64,000 bases of DNA from positions 2,604,001 through 2,668,000 of the forward strand of contig NC_088800.1 of NCBI RefSeq assembly GCF_011386835.1, read 5' to 3'. Made by a program: the position numbers and the translations under genes. The stretch comes from Chrysemys picta bellii. Lineage: Eukaryota. Positions 37,857 to 49,633 of the stretch are shown here, piece after piece; within the stretch, counting starts at the first letter, position 1; each line of letters opens with the position of its first letter. Under the pieces are notes generated by a model. The model was not told the DNA's origin, searched no databases, and was given only the letters and a program-made list of their open reading frames with translations.

Positions 37857-38036
37857 ACCAGCTTAACAAGCAGGTGCTTGGGGCGGCCAAGGGAGAGGGG
37901 CGGCACCTGCAGCAATTCGGGGGCGGCAGGTCCCTCACTCCCTCTAGGAGCGAAGGACCTGCCGCTGAATTGCCGACGCCGATCGCGGCTTTTTTTTTTT
38001 TCCCAATTGCCGCCACTGATCGCGATCGCGGCCCTG
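37857..38036. mobile_element. Left-truncated copy of the CAGGGCCGGCTCCAGG MITE family
   Basis: ACCAGC..A.CAAGCAGGTGCTTGGG.CGGCCAAGGG is shared with 18818 onward. Right end GCGGCCCTG. Confidence 0.7.
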
Positions 38037-40195
38037 TCATTGACGCTGGCTGAAGTTAACGAGCTGCCCCCGATAAACAGCTAACGACTCTGAGATTTTT
38101 GGGGCTATGGGTCCTGAGAGGCTATTCAAGGGGAGACGAGCAAAGGTGTTGGGGGTACCTCCTGAGGGCAGTGATTTAAGTCCCCCAGCAGGTGGCCCCG
38201 GCTGGGTGCTGATATCTCCAGTACCTGTTTGCGCTGGGTGCTCCAGTATGTGTTACTCGCAGAGGGGTTGTGATGGGCTAGAGGCCCATATTGGCTGGTT
38301 CTGCGAGGTGAACTATGACCGAGAGGTGGCTGGGAATGATAGCCAAGTGCCCGGTCCCTGTGCCCGAATGTACATAGGTGATGTAGGTGGTGCGTGAATC
38401 ACTCCTATTACTACTGCTGGGAAACATCGTGTCTATTATTAGCTGTGGCCTTGCTGGGTAGCTGTCATTGTGGAAGGCCTGGTAACTCGGGGAAACAGAC
38501 GTGTAAGGATACCATGGTTTGGCCTTACAAGTAACTCACTTCAGTGGATAACGTGACCAGGACTGGGCTCTTACTCGGCAGCTGTGAAAATATATTGTAT
38601 GCGGAGCCTTTTCCTGCAGCTCAGTATCCTCACTGATGTTCTCTGATATTCAAAAGTCATGCTATTATTGGGCCTTTCGGTCACATGGTACTGGGTCTGT
38701 TTCCCTGATTCGATCAGCCTCATGCTTATGGCGTGAATGGGGGAATTCAGAATTTGCATTTCACTAACCTGCAATACTTCCTTTAAAATGAACGATTCTG
38801 GCAAACTTTCCTGCCAGTAATCCTGTCTGCCAGAACACCGCCCAGTGGGGAATAGTGAAAGGGAGTGAGCACATACAAGAATTCCTGCTTGGGCCAGCAG
38901 CAGGATTTGAACCCAGGACTGTCCTTGCTGAAAGCTTTAGCCTACTGCTTGAGCTAAAAAAGTAATTCCCTTAACTGGCAACTATAAAGGACTCTTATCT
39001 TCTGTGGACCAGTCGTTAGAGGGCGGCTCTGCCGGTATGAGTTACACACAGTCACAGCAAACTCACTACAACAGGTGCAGAAATTTTGCAATGTATTTAT
39101 TTCACCGTTGAAGCACAGAGGCCCTGTGCAGATCAATACAGAGTTTGCACCGGAGGGGGGGGCGGTGGAAATGAAAGGGAATTTTTAGCCTTTGAAAAGA
39201 AGACGGATCGTGTCTGCTGTGTGAAATTCAGAGACCTGGACACGAGTAAGACGTGCGTGCGATGAAAAGCGTCCTGAAAGTTTGTCCTTTATAATTTGGA
39301 TGTAGAACTCTAACTTTGTGCAAAATGATAGGGGCCGCCAGGGGAATACAAAAGTTGAGGGGCATGCAGTACCCCAGCCCATAATGTTGTTTGAACATTG
39401 TCTGCAAATCCCAGAACGGGCCATTAGAAATTAAAGAGATGCTGTTAATCTGAGCTGGAAATAAAACAGAACACACATGAGCTCCTCTGGTTGGTCTAGA
39501 ATACTTGTGGTGTCAACTTCAATTGGAATAAACAAGTGATGCTCGGCTGTACTGAGCTACTGGAAGGCAGAGTGCTGCTGAGAGCTAGAGATTTCTCAGT
39601 TCCCAGATGACAACCACTTGCCCAATTTCTGCTCATTTTTAAACACAGGCAGTTGTGAAACCGAGAGGGTACTCATGGGTGCTCATTACTACTTCTTCTT
39701 TTGTGAGAGCTTTTCCTCCAGCGCCCACTTCTTGCTCTCACAAGGGAGTCCATATCAAATATTCAAGGCAGATTACAGCAAGAACCACACACGCGCGCGC
39801 ACACACACAAAAAAAAACCCCTCAACCCTAAAATGTTCAGTTGCTCAGATAAAAGCGCTAAAAAGGTTCTATACAGAAGGGGAGGCTTTCTCAGTCCTTG
39901 CTCCCTGGGCACTTCCGTTTTCATTAATGCCGAGCCAACGTCTGATCTGCAATGGGTCCCAATTGGACATGCCACCGTTTATTATATGGTATAAATAAAA
40001 AATGGCTTCCAGGGGTAACACATGTGACTAATTCCAAAAAATGTTTGTGTAGCATTAATTAAAAAAAAAAAACGTGACAAGTGTAACCCTCTGATAGGTA
40101 TTGGGCCTGTTTGAAATGAGTTTGGGGGTCTCCAGGTCTGTTCCTAGTGAATACATTGTCTGCGTTACTAAAAGCACCATTGTAACTGCCATTAT

Positions 40196-40366
40196 TCATA
40201 GATTCTAAGGCCAGAAGGATCCATGGAGATCATCTAGTCTGATGTCCTGTATACCACAGGCCAAGAATTTCACCCAGTGCTTCCTATAACCTGTGACTGA
40301 GCTGTTTAAAAAAAATCTTATCTTGACTGAAAGACTTCAAGTGAGGGAGAATCCACTGCCTCCCTC
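40196..40366 (-). mobile_element. CR1 3' terminal relic
   Basis: TCATAGATTCTAAGGCCAGAAGGATCCATGGAGATCATCTAGTCTGA is the reverse of a CR1 terminus. Confidence 0.6.
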
Positions 40367-41836
40367 AGTTCATGGCCCATACTGGTTGGACTACGTTTCC
40401 CATGATTCACCGCAGTTGTTGTCTCTCTCACTGCCAGGGGCATGGAAAATGAAGCCTGACTGGCTGAGGTACCTGCACTACAACTCCCATGAAGCACTGT
40501 GGTGGCATTTCAGAATCAAAACAGTTGTTTTCAGCCAAAACCTGAACATTTCAGTTTCTGGACATTCCAGTTTCCAAAGGGGAAAAAAACAAACTTTTTG
40601 CTCAGAAAGCAGATTCTTTTCATGAAAAATCTCATTTAGTTGAAAACCTGATTCCCACCCCCCCATCAAAAACAGTTTTGACAGAAGACTTTCAACTATC
40701 CCTACTAGAGACCTGATTAGGGCTCCTATCAGGAAAGTACCTAGAACTGGCCCAACCACTTGCTATCAATATATCTGACACAGGTTGGGGTGCTCCTTCC
40801 AAAATGTTGTTTGAGGGGCATTTAAGAAAGTAAGAAAGTGCTTCAGTCCCACTGGTCAGGGATGAAGCCCATTGGCAATACATTGTAAAACACTCGTGCT
40901 GTAATGGACCAGGGCATAGGCAGTCCGGCCTAGCGGCCACGGCTGGGCTGAGGTCTGCCCACCAGGGGATGGTAATTGCCAGGCAGGAACTGAAGGAATC
41001 GTAAGAGCCAGGTTCCGTAAGCAAGAGTCAGGGTCAGGCTGGGGTTGAAGATGGAGATCAGGGGCAGTCCCAGCTTAGAATCGAGAGGGAGCAGGAGATC
41101 AAGCAAGGTCTGGAATTGCAGAGGGTCAAAGTCTGTGTGGTTGCGCGGACAACCCTTCGGGTTAAGTAGGGTGCGTGGCCACTCAGAGGGCTGCAGGGTA
41201 CCGTCAATCTGAATCTTTTGGGCAGTACTTCCTGTGGCGCCTACTCTCCATAGAGCTCCCTGGCTGTACCTTTGCATGGCCTCCGAATGGCACTGTGAGA
41301 CTATCAGCCGTCCCATGCCACGCGGACCTGGGTTCTAATCCCTAGGTGCGTTACCTGGCCTTCTCTACATTAGGACTAGTGCTGCTGATTGCGAAGGTGG
41401 GAGCACTAGTCTAAGACAATGCGCTGGTGATTAAACTCCCATGTTGTGTAGATGTGCTTTGAGCCAGGTTAGGCAGCACAACATTTAACCTTGTCGACAC
41501 CAGGTTCCATGAGTGGTGCTGAGTCAGTGGTGAATGGTGGGGAAGGCCAGGATGTAGACCAGCCAGTGAGCATTTCCCACTGCTCATCTGGCACCTTTCA
41601 TGATCTCTAGCAAATGTTTTGAAGTGAAAGTCCAAGAAATGGCCCTAGCAAGGAATTCCTTAGTTTAGGGCACAATTCTCCACACCACTCTGACCGCAGT
41701 GGGCATGTATGCAGAGAACACTCGAGTGATCCCTTGAGCAGGATGAGAGGAATTTTGTCCGGAATCAACAGTTTAGATGCTGTTTAATTAGTGTGAATTG
41801 TTTGAACGTTGTCTTAATACTAACACATTTTGAAAG

Positions 41837-41914
41837 TGAAGTGGGCTGTAGCCCACGAAAGCTTATGCCCAAATAAATTTGTTAGTCTCTAAGGTGCCAC
41901 AAGTACTCCTCGTT
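41837..41914 (+). mobile_element. Penelope-like terminal fragment with 5'-truncated hammerhead
   Basis: TGA-A-GTGGGC TGTA GCCCAC-GAAA-GCT-T-ATGC: perfect stem II and GAAA, but the 5' part of the core and the stem I 5' strand are missing. Homologous to 6107-6200. Confidence 0.8.
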
Positions 41915-42734
41915 CAAAGTATTTTTGTTACCAGTACAGCATCATAAACTTGCTCTGTCCTCTGCCAAGAATTTGTCATTCATGAAAGTCATTTTGTACT
42001 TAGGGCAACTGGGGGGAAAGTGACATGTGATTTTTGGACTGTAGCTTTGGATGGGAATATAAATTTTCTCCAAGTGATATGATGCTACAATAAGAGACAT
42101 TTGGAAACCAGCCAAACCCATGAGTACAATTTTTGCTTCATTTTCAACATCCTCCTCTAGAAATACTTTGCAGTTTCTTTCACTCATTCTTTTAGAGTAT
42201 AATTGTGGTGGTGGTGTTTTTAATTCGGCTGCAGCATGCAATATCTAGTTCCAGGTATGATTAGAGGTTGTCTTGTGTTAACCTAGGATGCAGGGTCAGA
42301 TCATGACTTTTTAATCTGGAACAACTCCATTGAAAGCAACTGAGATATTCCCTATTTAAACTGGTGTAACAGAAACTGACTCTCAGTACCTGTAATTACA
42401 TGGAATGTGCATCCCAGAACAGCATGGCTCATGGTGAGGTCATTCCCTTCCCCTGAACACAGATCTGTTTGCTTTCATTGGAGGGTGGCCTGGAGCACTT
42501 GACTCCTTATCCCACTGATCGAAGTAGATTTGATTTTACTACTTCTCCTCTTGCAGCCCCGCAGATTAATGTCACACTGATCTCTGTGAAGATTTTGGAT
42601 TCAATGAGTCTTCTATTGACCACTGCGTGGACACAACTCTGAGTAGGGTGGAGTGCTTTCTCTACTAATGCTAGCACCCTGAATAGCTACCGTAATACAT
42701 TGGCTGGGCGTGAATGTAGGGGAATCCTCTAGGA

Positions 42735-43090
42735 CAGTGGTTCTCAAACTAGGGCCGCCGCTTGTTTAGGGAAAGCCCCTGGCAGGCTGCTGTGGAGCAG
42801 GTTGGAGGGTGGCAATCGGCCGTTTACCTGCCGCGTCCGCAGGTTCGGCCGATCGCAGCTCCCAGTGGCCACGGTTCGCTGCTCCAGGCCAATGGGAGCT
42901 GTAGGAAGCGGCGTGGGCTGAAGGACGTACAGGCCGCCGTTTCCCGCAGCCCCCATTTGCCTGGAGTGGTGAACCGTGGCCAGTGGGAGCCGCGATCGGC
43001 CGAACCTGCGGACGCGGCAGGTAAACAAACCGGCCCGGCCCGCCAGGGGCTTTCCCTGAACAAGCGGCGGCCCTAGTTTGAGAACCACTG
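42735..43090. mobile_element. Almost fully palindromic hAT (Charlie/Buster-like) MITE, 356 bp
   Basis: TIRs CAGTGGTTCTCAAACTAGGGCCGCCGCTTGTT / AACAAGCGGCGGCCCTAGTTTGAGAACCACTG, with inverted symmetry over most of the length. Perfect TSD CTCTAGGA. Confidence 0.95.
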
Positions 43091-43659
43091 CTCTAGGATC
43101 TATACAACAAAACCAAGTCACTGAAGGAGGCTGCTCCCCCAGGATTTCCACTGCAGCGTGGGGCTTGCTCCTTGTCGTTGAAAATGCACTTTGTTAAGAA
43201 GTCTGAACTCTAATGCAAGCTGCAAGAGCCCTGTTTCCCTGAGAACTCTGACTGTAATTCTGCTCTCCCAGCCCAGCATCGGCTGGCCTTGCATTTCAGG
43301 AAATGCACACACGCGTTCGCTTTGCCAGACACCTGACTGCCTTTTGGTTGACTCCAGTCCTGGGGGGGGGACAGTGAATTAGTGCCAGGAAATAATTCCC
43401 ACCAAGCCTCCTCGGGTAATACCCACTTGCCGTCCATGTGTTTTTTTACCCAGTAGGTAACTCTGATCCTGTGGCACCTTTCACTCTGGGATCTCAAAGT
43501 GCTTTTCAAACCTCACACCTCACCTCACCCCTGTGAGGGCAGCTAAGGGAACACGTCACCCAAAGCTTGGGTGTAACTCAGAAGCTGTTTGCTATTGCAC
43601 AGCCCGGCGTGAAATGTTTCAGGGAGGAAGTGGTGAAGAACGCGATATGCAATTCACAG

Positions 43660-44008
43660 TGTGGGGAGGCAGATGGTAATTACTGAAAGTAGAGTCTGGC
43701 TTGGGCCCTGGGGTTAACACCCTAACTTAGCCAGCAGCAGCAACAACAAAAAAAGCACCATGCAATCTTTCGTAACCATAAGCAGTCAGGCCCTATTCTG
43801 ACATCTCATCCTAACAGCGGTGTGCCCCCTTAGACAACAGCAGGGCAGGCTCAGCAGTGTCTCAGATGGAGGGATAACATCACCCCTGAATCACCATTTT
43901 GCAGCACGTGGCTGCTTCTTTGTAGGTCTTCCATCCAAGTGACGACCCCACCCAACCCTGCTGAAGCTGGAGGCATCTGACAGGATCACAGCGCAAAGTG
44001 TTACAGCT
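43660..44008 (-). mobile_element. 5S rRNA-headed SINE, AmnSINE1/Deu-SINE-like
   Basis: Minus strand GATCCTGTCAGATGCC..CAGCTTCAGCAGGGTTGGG...CACTTGGATGGAAGACC aligns to 5S rRNA box A/box C. Downstream GGATGAGATGT...GGGTGTTAACCCC resembles the Deu domain. Confidence 0.7.
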
Positions 44009-45910
44009 ACAGGCTAACCACAGCCTCTAATTACTCATTATTTCCCCCTTCCCACCCTCCTTTTGTGGCTGTTTTTATTTTTTTCTAACTCTTGATGGTT
44101 TGATTTCTCCACACTGGCACCTGTAACACGCTGCAATTGAGCAGATGAGTCACCTGCCACCCACGTTGTACCTCTAGAAAGATGGTGGCAAGGTGCCAGA
44201 GGCCTACCTAGCCTTGTTCCTCACCCATTTTGTCCGCACAGATAAACGATCCAGTTTTATCCCAGTAAAGGGAGTACAGCGTGCTCCTGGTTTTCCCTGG
44301 GTGGCTGGATGTTTCTCATGCACGTCTCCTCAGGAGAAGGCACGTTGACTGCACTGCAGAAATCTAGCTCTGGAGCGGCCTTCTTGTGTACTGTCTGGTT
44401 TGAACCTTTGCCATTTTGCTGGCCGGCCAAACACCCTCCACTGTAAAACCTGCCACTGGTGTGGGCAGAAGGGCCTGGGAGGGGAAAATCACATGGACCT
44501 GGCACGTTCTTGCTGAAACCCGTGGGCTGGCTGGGTGAGAGCCCAGGGCAACATTCAGTGCTCCAAAGAGAGAGAGAAGGGGGTGACGTGACACAGGTAT
44601 TCATGCATTCCAATATAGCTCACGCGCTCTGACCACTGGGGTCCTGTCCGGTGCAGTATTGCTCATACTTGAGGCCTAGCCTGTGTCCCTGCACCGCTGT
44701 GGAGCAGGCTGGAGGGTGGCAATTGTAATTCTGCTCCAGGGTGACCCAAAGGGCCAATCCCTCTGGGGACTGCTACAGCGTCTTGTGCAGCTCTCCAAAA
44801 GCCCTGGCTTCTCGGCTTGCCTGCCCTCCCCAAGGCATAAAGCGCCTGCCTGGGCAGACTCATCTGAGAACAGGAAAGCAGGAGGCAGATGGTGGAACAC
44901 ATGCTTCTGAAAGTGAGCCCCTCCGCTGTGGTTTTGTACTCGTAGGCAAATGGATTTTGCGGCTCCAGTCAATCTACTCATAGCTGGAGAGTCACTTGGC
45001 AAGCGCCGGGGAGCTACCCCCCCCCCAGCACCGCACCCTGTGCTGTCTTGTAGGCAAATAACACACCGCGTGTTGCAGTTTCAGATAGGCCAAGGTGGCT
45101 GCTTGTTTTTTTTTGTTTTGTTTTTTTTTTTTTAAGCAAACGCCTACATCCATTTTAAAGAGAGACAAATGGCTGTGGTCAGTCCCCAGCAGCTGGAATC
45201 TAAACCAGATGGGGAGTTGGATTCTGACAGGTCTGGCGAGCCAGGAGTGTTCACGCGCTTTGCAGCAGAGCGAGAGCCGAATGATCCACACCAAAGAGGG
45301 TTTTGCAAGAATAGCAGGTTCCGTTTCTTCTTTCGTGCTGAGAGCGAGAAGTGGCTGCCGCCCACCACCCAGCCACATGCTGCGGCCACAAAGTCTGTTT
45401 GCTTTAGCAGCCTGGCTACCCCTTCTCCTAGGTGTGTGGGAGGGGATGGGCTCCAGCTTGGAGGAAAGTAGTTTTGCCACTATTGGGCAGTCTGTGCTGG
45501 TGTGGGGCACGCTTAGCACTGACTAGAAACATGCACCACCTCTGGGTGACACAGGTCAGACTACCCCAGCATCTACCCAGCTGTGGGAATTGAGAATGGC
45601 AAACAGAGGAAGTGGTCAACTTTGAAACCGAACTAAGCTTCTTTGGCTCAGACACATTGGGGTGAAGCTAGTTTCTGTTGAGTAATTTCAGAAACTAATC
45701 TAGCTGCTTCTTAAACTGGCACAAGTCTCAGTAAATGTATGTGGGCACTTACTCCAGCCTACTGTAAGAAAAAGAAATGAATCCCTCTATGTTTACTATG
45801 CAGGATTTTACTAACCAATAGGAAAATGAAATGAATCCACTGTATTTCTCTGATCTTTTGATTTCAACACTTTTAGTTTGTGTCCTTCTGTTTTCAGTTT
45901 AGTCACTAGG

Positions 45911-47401
45911 CAGGGGTTCTCGCAACAAAAATGTTGGTGGCCTTAGAGTGCGGCCACTAACTCTTACTGGTGGCCACCCTGACCCTTCTTCCTAAAATAC
46001 TTGATTCACTGTAGGAAAAACAGATAAACAGCACATACACATGTAGGCTTTTTTTTTGCAGACTCAATAATAAAAATATTACTGTGAAATGTGATATTTG
46101 TATGTTTGTTAATACACCTCTACCCCGATATAACGTGACCCAATATAACACAAATTCTGATATAACGTTGTAAAGCAGTGCTCCGGGGGGTGGGGAGGCT
46201 ACGCACTCCGGTGGATCAAAGCAAGTTCGATATAACGCGGTTTCACCTATAACGTGGTAAGATTTTTTGGCTCCCGAGGACAGCGTTATATTGAGGTAGA
46301 GGTGTATCAATCACTTTTCACAGGACACTTAGTAGTTATCTGGAAGGCTGTGAAAGGTTATACTTGCATGTTTGTTAATATCACTTTTCTCAGCAAGTTC
46401 CAGGACAATTTAAGCCCTGGGTTGTGTGTGTGTGTGTGGGGGGTGGTGGTGGTCAGAGGTCGAGGCAGTGGGGGATGTGGGCTGGGAAGGCAGTGGGGGT
46501 CCGTGTGATGGAGGGGTTGATGCAGGGCCAGGAAGCCGGTGGGATCCAGGGGTGATGGGGAGGAGGGCATGGATGTGGGGCCAAGAGAGAGGATGGTGGG
46601 TGGTGAGCCCCGCAGCTGCGTGGCTGGAGCCGGGGGTTGGCGGCCGCTGCTGGCCAGCCAGGGGTCAGTGCCCGTGGCCAGAGCCCGGAGCTGGGGGCAG
46701 GAGCTGCATGGAGGCAGGAGCTGCATGGCCGGGGCAGAGAATTGGAGCCGAGGGCCAGTGCCCAAGGGCACGCAACCAGAGCCTGGAGCTGGGTGCTGGA
46801 ACCCAGGGCCGCGTGGCCAGATCCGGGAGTCAGTGCCTGCCCCCACGAGGCTGAAGCCAGCACCCGCTGCTGCATGCCTGGGGTCAGGGATCGGTGTCTG
46901 CTGCTGCACGCTCGGGGCCGGGGATTGGCACCTGGAGTCAGCACCTGCTGCCGCATGGCTGGGTCTATAAGTCGGCACCCGGGGTCAGCAGCTAGGACTG
47001 GGGGTCAGAGCACACAACTGGGGGTTGGTGCCGGGGCCAGCGGCTGCCGCTGGGGTCAGGGGTCGGTGCTTAGGGCCAGCAACTGCTGCTAGGATTGAGG
47101 GTCGGGGCCTAGGCCGGCACCGCGTGGCCAGAGACGGGGAATGGAGCCTGCTGCCGCGTGGCCAGGGGTTGGAGCCTGCACGGAAGCCCCGTGGCCACAG
47201 GCCAGGGCCGCGTGGCCAGAGCTGGGGATCAGCGCCCGAAATCCTGCAGCTGGAGCTGGATGTTGGTGCCTGAAGCCCCATGGCTGGAACCCTGGTCCGT
47301 GCAGCCAGGCTCCCTAAGTCCCACCGCTGGAGCCCACCTCCCGACAACCCCAGGGCTGAAGCCCGAGCCTCCATGTGCTGCCCCCGGTAGAGAACTCACT
47401 G
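45911..47401. mobile_element. Long composite non-autonomous hAT-like element with GC-rich repeated interior
   Basis: Starts CAGGGGTTCTC, possible right end GAGAACTCACTG, multiple internal CCGCGTGGCCAG repeats. No TSD match, so the right boundary is uncertain. Confidence 0.55.
46115..46304. mobile_element. Tc1/mariner-pogo (Tigger-like) MITE nested in the previous element
   Basis: TIRs CACCTCTACCCCGATATAACG / CGTTATATTGAGGTAGAGGTG flanked by a TA duplication (46113-46114 and 46305-46306). Confidence 0.85.
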
Positions 47402-49199
47402 TGCTCCTGCAGTGTGGTGCCCCACCTGTCTCCAGGAGCCCTGCCCCACTCGCACACATTCTCTTTTTTCTTTTTTGTCTTTTCCACAATAACGTCTCCA
47501 AACATCTGTAACTTTGGGAAAGTGGCAGTAGCAGTCTTATGTTTGCTTTTGTTCCCTGTCGCTTTCCCAATGTTGGAGAAGATTTGAGAAGTTAGAGTGG
47601 GGGAAAAAAGAAAAAGAGAAAGTGGGAGACCTCTTTCCCTGCCCTCAATATGATTCTTTCTATTCGATTTAGCGTCCAAAAAAGAGAAACAGGAAAAAAC
47701 AAAACTTCAACGTTTTGAAAATTTGGGTTTCGAACATGCATGAAAATTTCAATGGGAATGAAACTGGAAAAATTAAGTTTCAAAATTTCCAGTTGAAATA
47801 TTTTGTTGAAACATTTTTTTGTGAAAAAATTAGTTCAGTTTTTCAGTGTATTTCCCCCCCCCCCCCCTTGGAAAATTCAGGGAACTGAACCGGAGAACCA
47901 GTTTGAATTGGTATTTTTACTTGAACCAGAACCAGAATTTTGTTTTACCTTAGTAACCCAACCCAGAACTGAACTGAAAAAAGGGTTACCAGTTAAAATA
48001 AAGGGTCAGCATTTTTTAAAGCTTAATATTTTAAAAAACGGTGATCATATTTGCATTATAAAACAAGCCAAGACAATAACAAACAGGCATGTGATTGCTA
48101 CCAGAAAGGCCTGGCCCAGGAGAAGGAGAAGAGAAGGAGGCCAGCCCATGAGAGCAGGGAGGGAGAGGGGAAGCCTGGATAACACATGAGGCAGCAGGGG
48201 CCCCGGAGACAGATGAACCATCTCTGAGACTGCCTCCTGGGGAGAGAAGAGGTGGGGTGTTCCCTGGTCTCAGAAGTTAACAATAACTCTTCAAGCCCAA
48301 GGAAAATGTAATGACTCCCTAATCCTTCTCCCCCTCAGACAGGCCTCCTCTCACCCACCCCCAATCCCTGGGGCAGCTCTTCTCTCCACTTTCCCCACTG
48401 GAGGCAGGGTCCATGCTCCAAACTCCAATTGATCCTTTCACCGCGGAGGTCCAATAAGAGACAGCAAATCTTACAGGTTGTTATGTTCGTTCGCGCCCCC
48501 AAATTGTTCACAAAAAACAAAAGCGTGTTTATTTGACAACACGCAAACAGTAGGAAAACTCATGTAAAGTTTAAAAAAAAAAAAAAAAAAAGGTCAAAAA
48601 TCAAAATAGTTTCAATTTTAAGTTTCAGCTCTTTGAATTTACTTCCACTAAGACTGGAATTTGATTTGAACTGGTAACTGAGCCGTAATTTTTTTTTGGT
48701 GGCTTGAACTGGACCTGAACACACTGAATGCAACTCAATGAACTCAACCCAAAATAAATATCAGTTTGACTCCCTGAGAAAACTTTGACCACTTCTGCTT
48801 AGAAACTCAGAAATGCCCCCGGCCGCTTTATTCACGTGCCTAACTTCAGGCACTCAAGTTTTCCAGTGTTTGCCTAAGCTGACAATTCTACTGGTGCTTG
48901 AATCAGGCGGGGTGTAGCTTCTGTGGGGCTAGCAGGTGTAGAAAGCATTAAACACCAGCAGATCTGAAATTGCTCAACCCACTTTGTCTGAGCCACTGAA
49001 CCTTAGCTCAGTTTCAACGTTAGCCACTTCCTGTGTTTGCCATTCTCACTCCCCACAGCTGGTTTGTCCCTGGTGTAGTCTGGCCCATACATTTGATTCA
49101 GTGCTAAGCCCGCCCTGCATCCAGACAAAGGTCCCTCAGCAGAGAGGCTGATTTCCTCCGAGGCTGATCCCACTCTCTGTGCTGAGTAAGATGTGACAG

Positions 49200-49633
49200 C
49201 AGTGCTTATTTGTGCTGGGGCTTGCCAGGGCTGAGCCCCGGCCCCTCTGGGCCTGGCGGTTCAGAGCCCCGGCACCTCTGTGCCTGGCAGTTCAGAGCCC
49301 CCATTCCTCTGGGCCTGGCAGTTCATAGCCTCCATTCCTCTGGGCCTGGCAGTTCAGAGCCCCCGGCACCTCTGGGCCTGGCGGTTCAGAGCCCGGCACC
49401 TATAGGCCTGGCAGTTCCTAGCCCTGGCACCTCTGGGCCTGGCGGTTCAGAGCCCCGGCTCCTCTGGGCCTGGTGGTTCAGAGCCCGGCAACTATAGGCC
49501 TGGCAGTTCCTAGCCCCGGCGCATCTGGGCCTGGCGGTTCAGAGCCCCGGCACCTCTGGGCTTGCCGTGTCAGTTATGAAAATAAAAACATTGCTGGAGC
49601 CCCGGCACCTCTTTCATTACAAGTTAAGCACAG
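49200..49633. mobile_element. MITE (CAGTGCTTA...TAAGCACAG ends) carrying an internal minisatellite
   Basis: Inverted ends CAGTGCTTA / TAAGCACAG. TSD degenerate. Confidence 0.7.
49235..49567. repeat. Minisatellite, about 11 copies of a 30-32 bp unit GCCCCGGCACCTCTGGGCCTGGCGGTTCAGA
   Basis: Units counted directly. The variant TATAGGCCTGGCAGTTCCTA occurs in units 6 and 9. Confidence 0.92.

Noticed and set aside
39189-39245. Possible 57-bp symmetric exon (TTTTTAG ... GTAAGA) reading FEKKTDRVCCVKFRDLDT
   Set aside because: Weak polypyrimidine tract, unrecognised peptide, and no partner exons found.
40900-41355. LTR-like segment starting TGTAA and ending TTAC (also LTR-like text at about 8983-9300 and 12590-13030)
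   Set aside because: No matching TSD or clean TG...CA pair, so boundaries and class could not be supported.
45169-45471. 100-aa ORF with a natural-looking N-terminus (MAVVSPQQLESKPDGELDSDRSGEP...)
   Set aside because: Not recognised as any known protein and no supporting exon structure. Overlapping frames are also open.
46358-47570. Dense cluster of 100-200 aa ORFs on both strands (also 15545-16110, 18045-18648, 42744-43151, 55602-56287)
   Set aside because: All lie in GC-rich MITE interiors that are depleted of stop codons.
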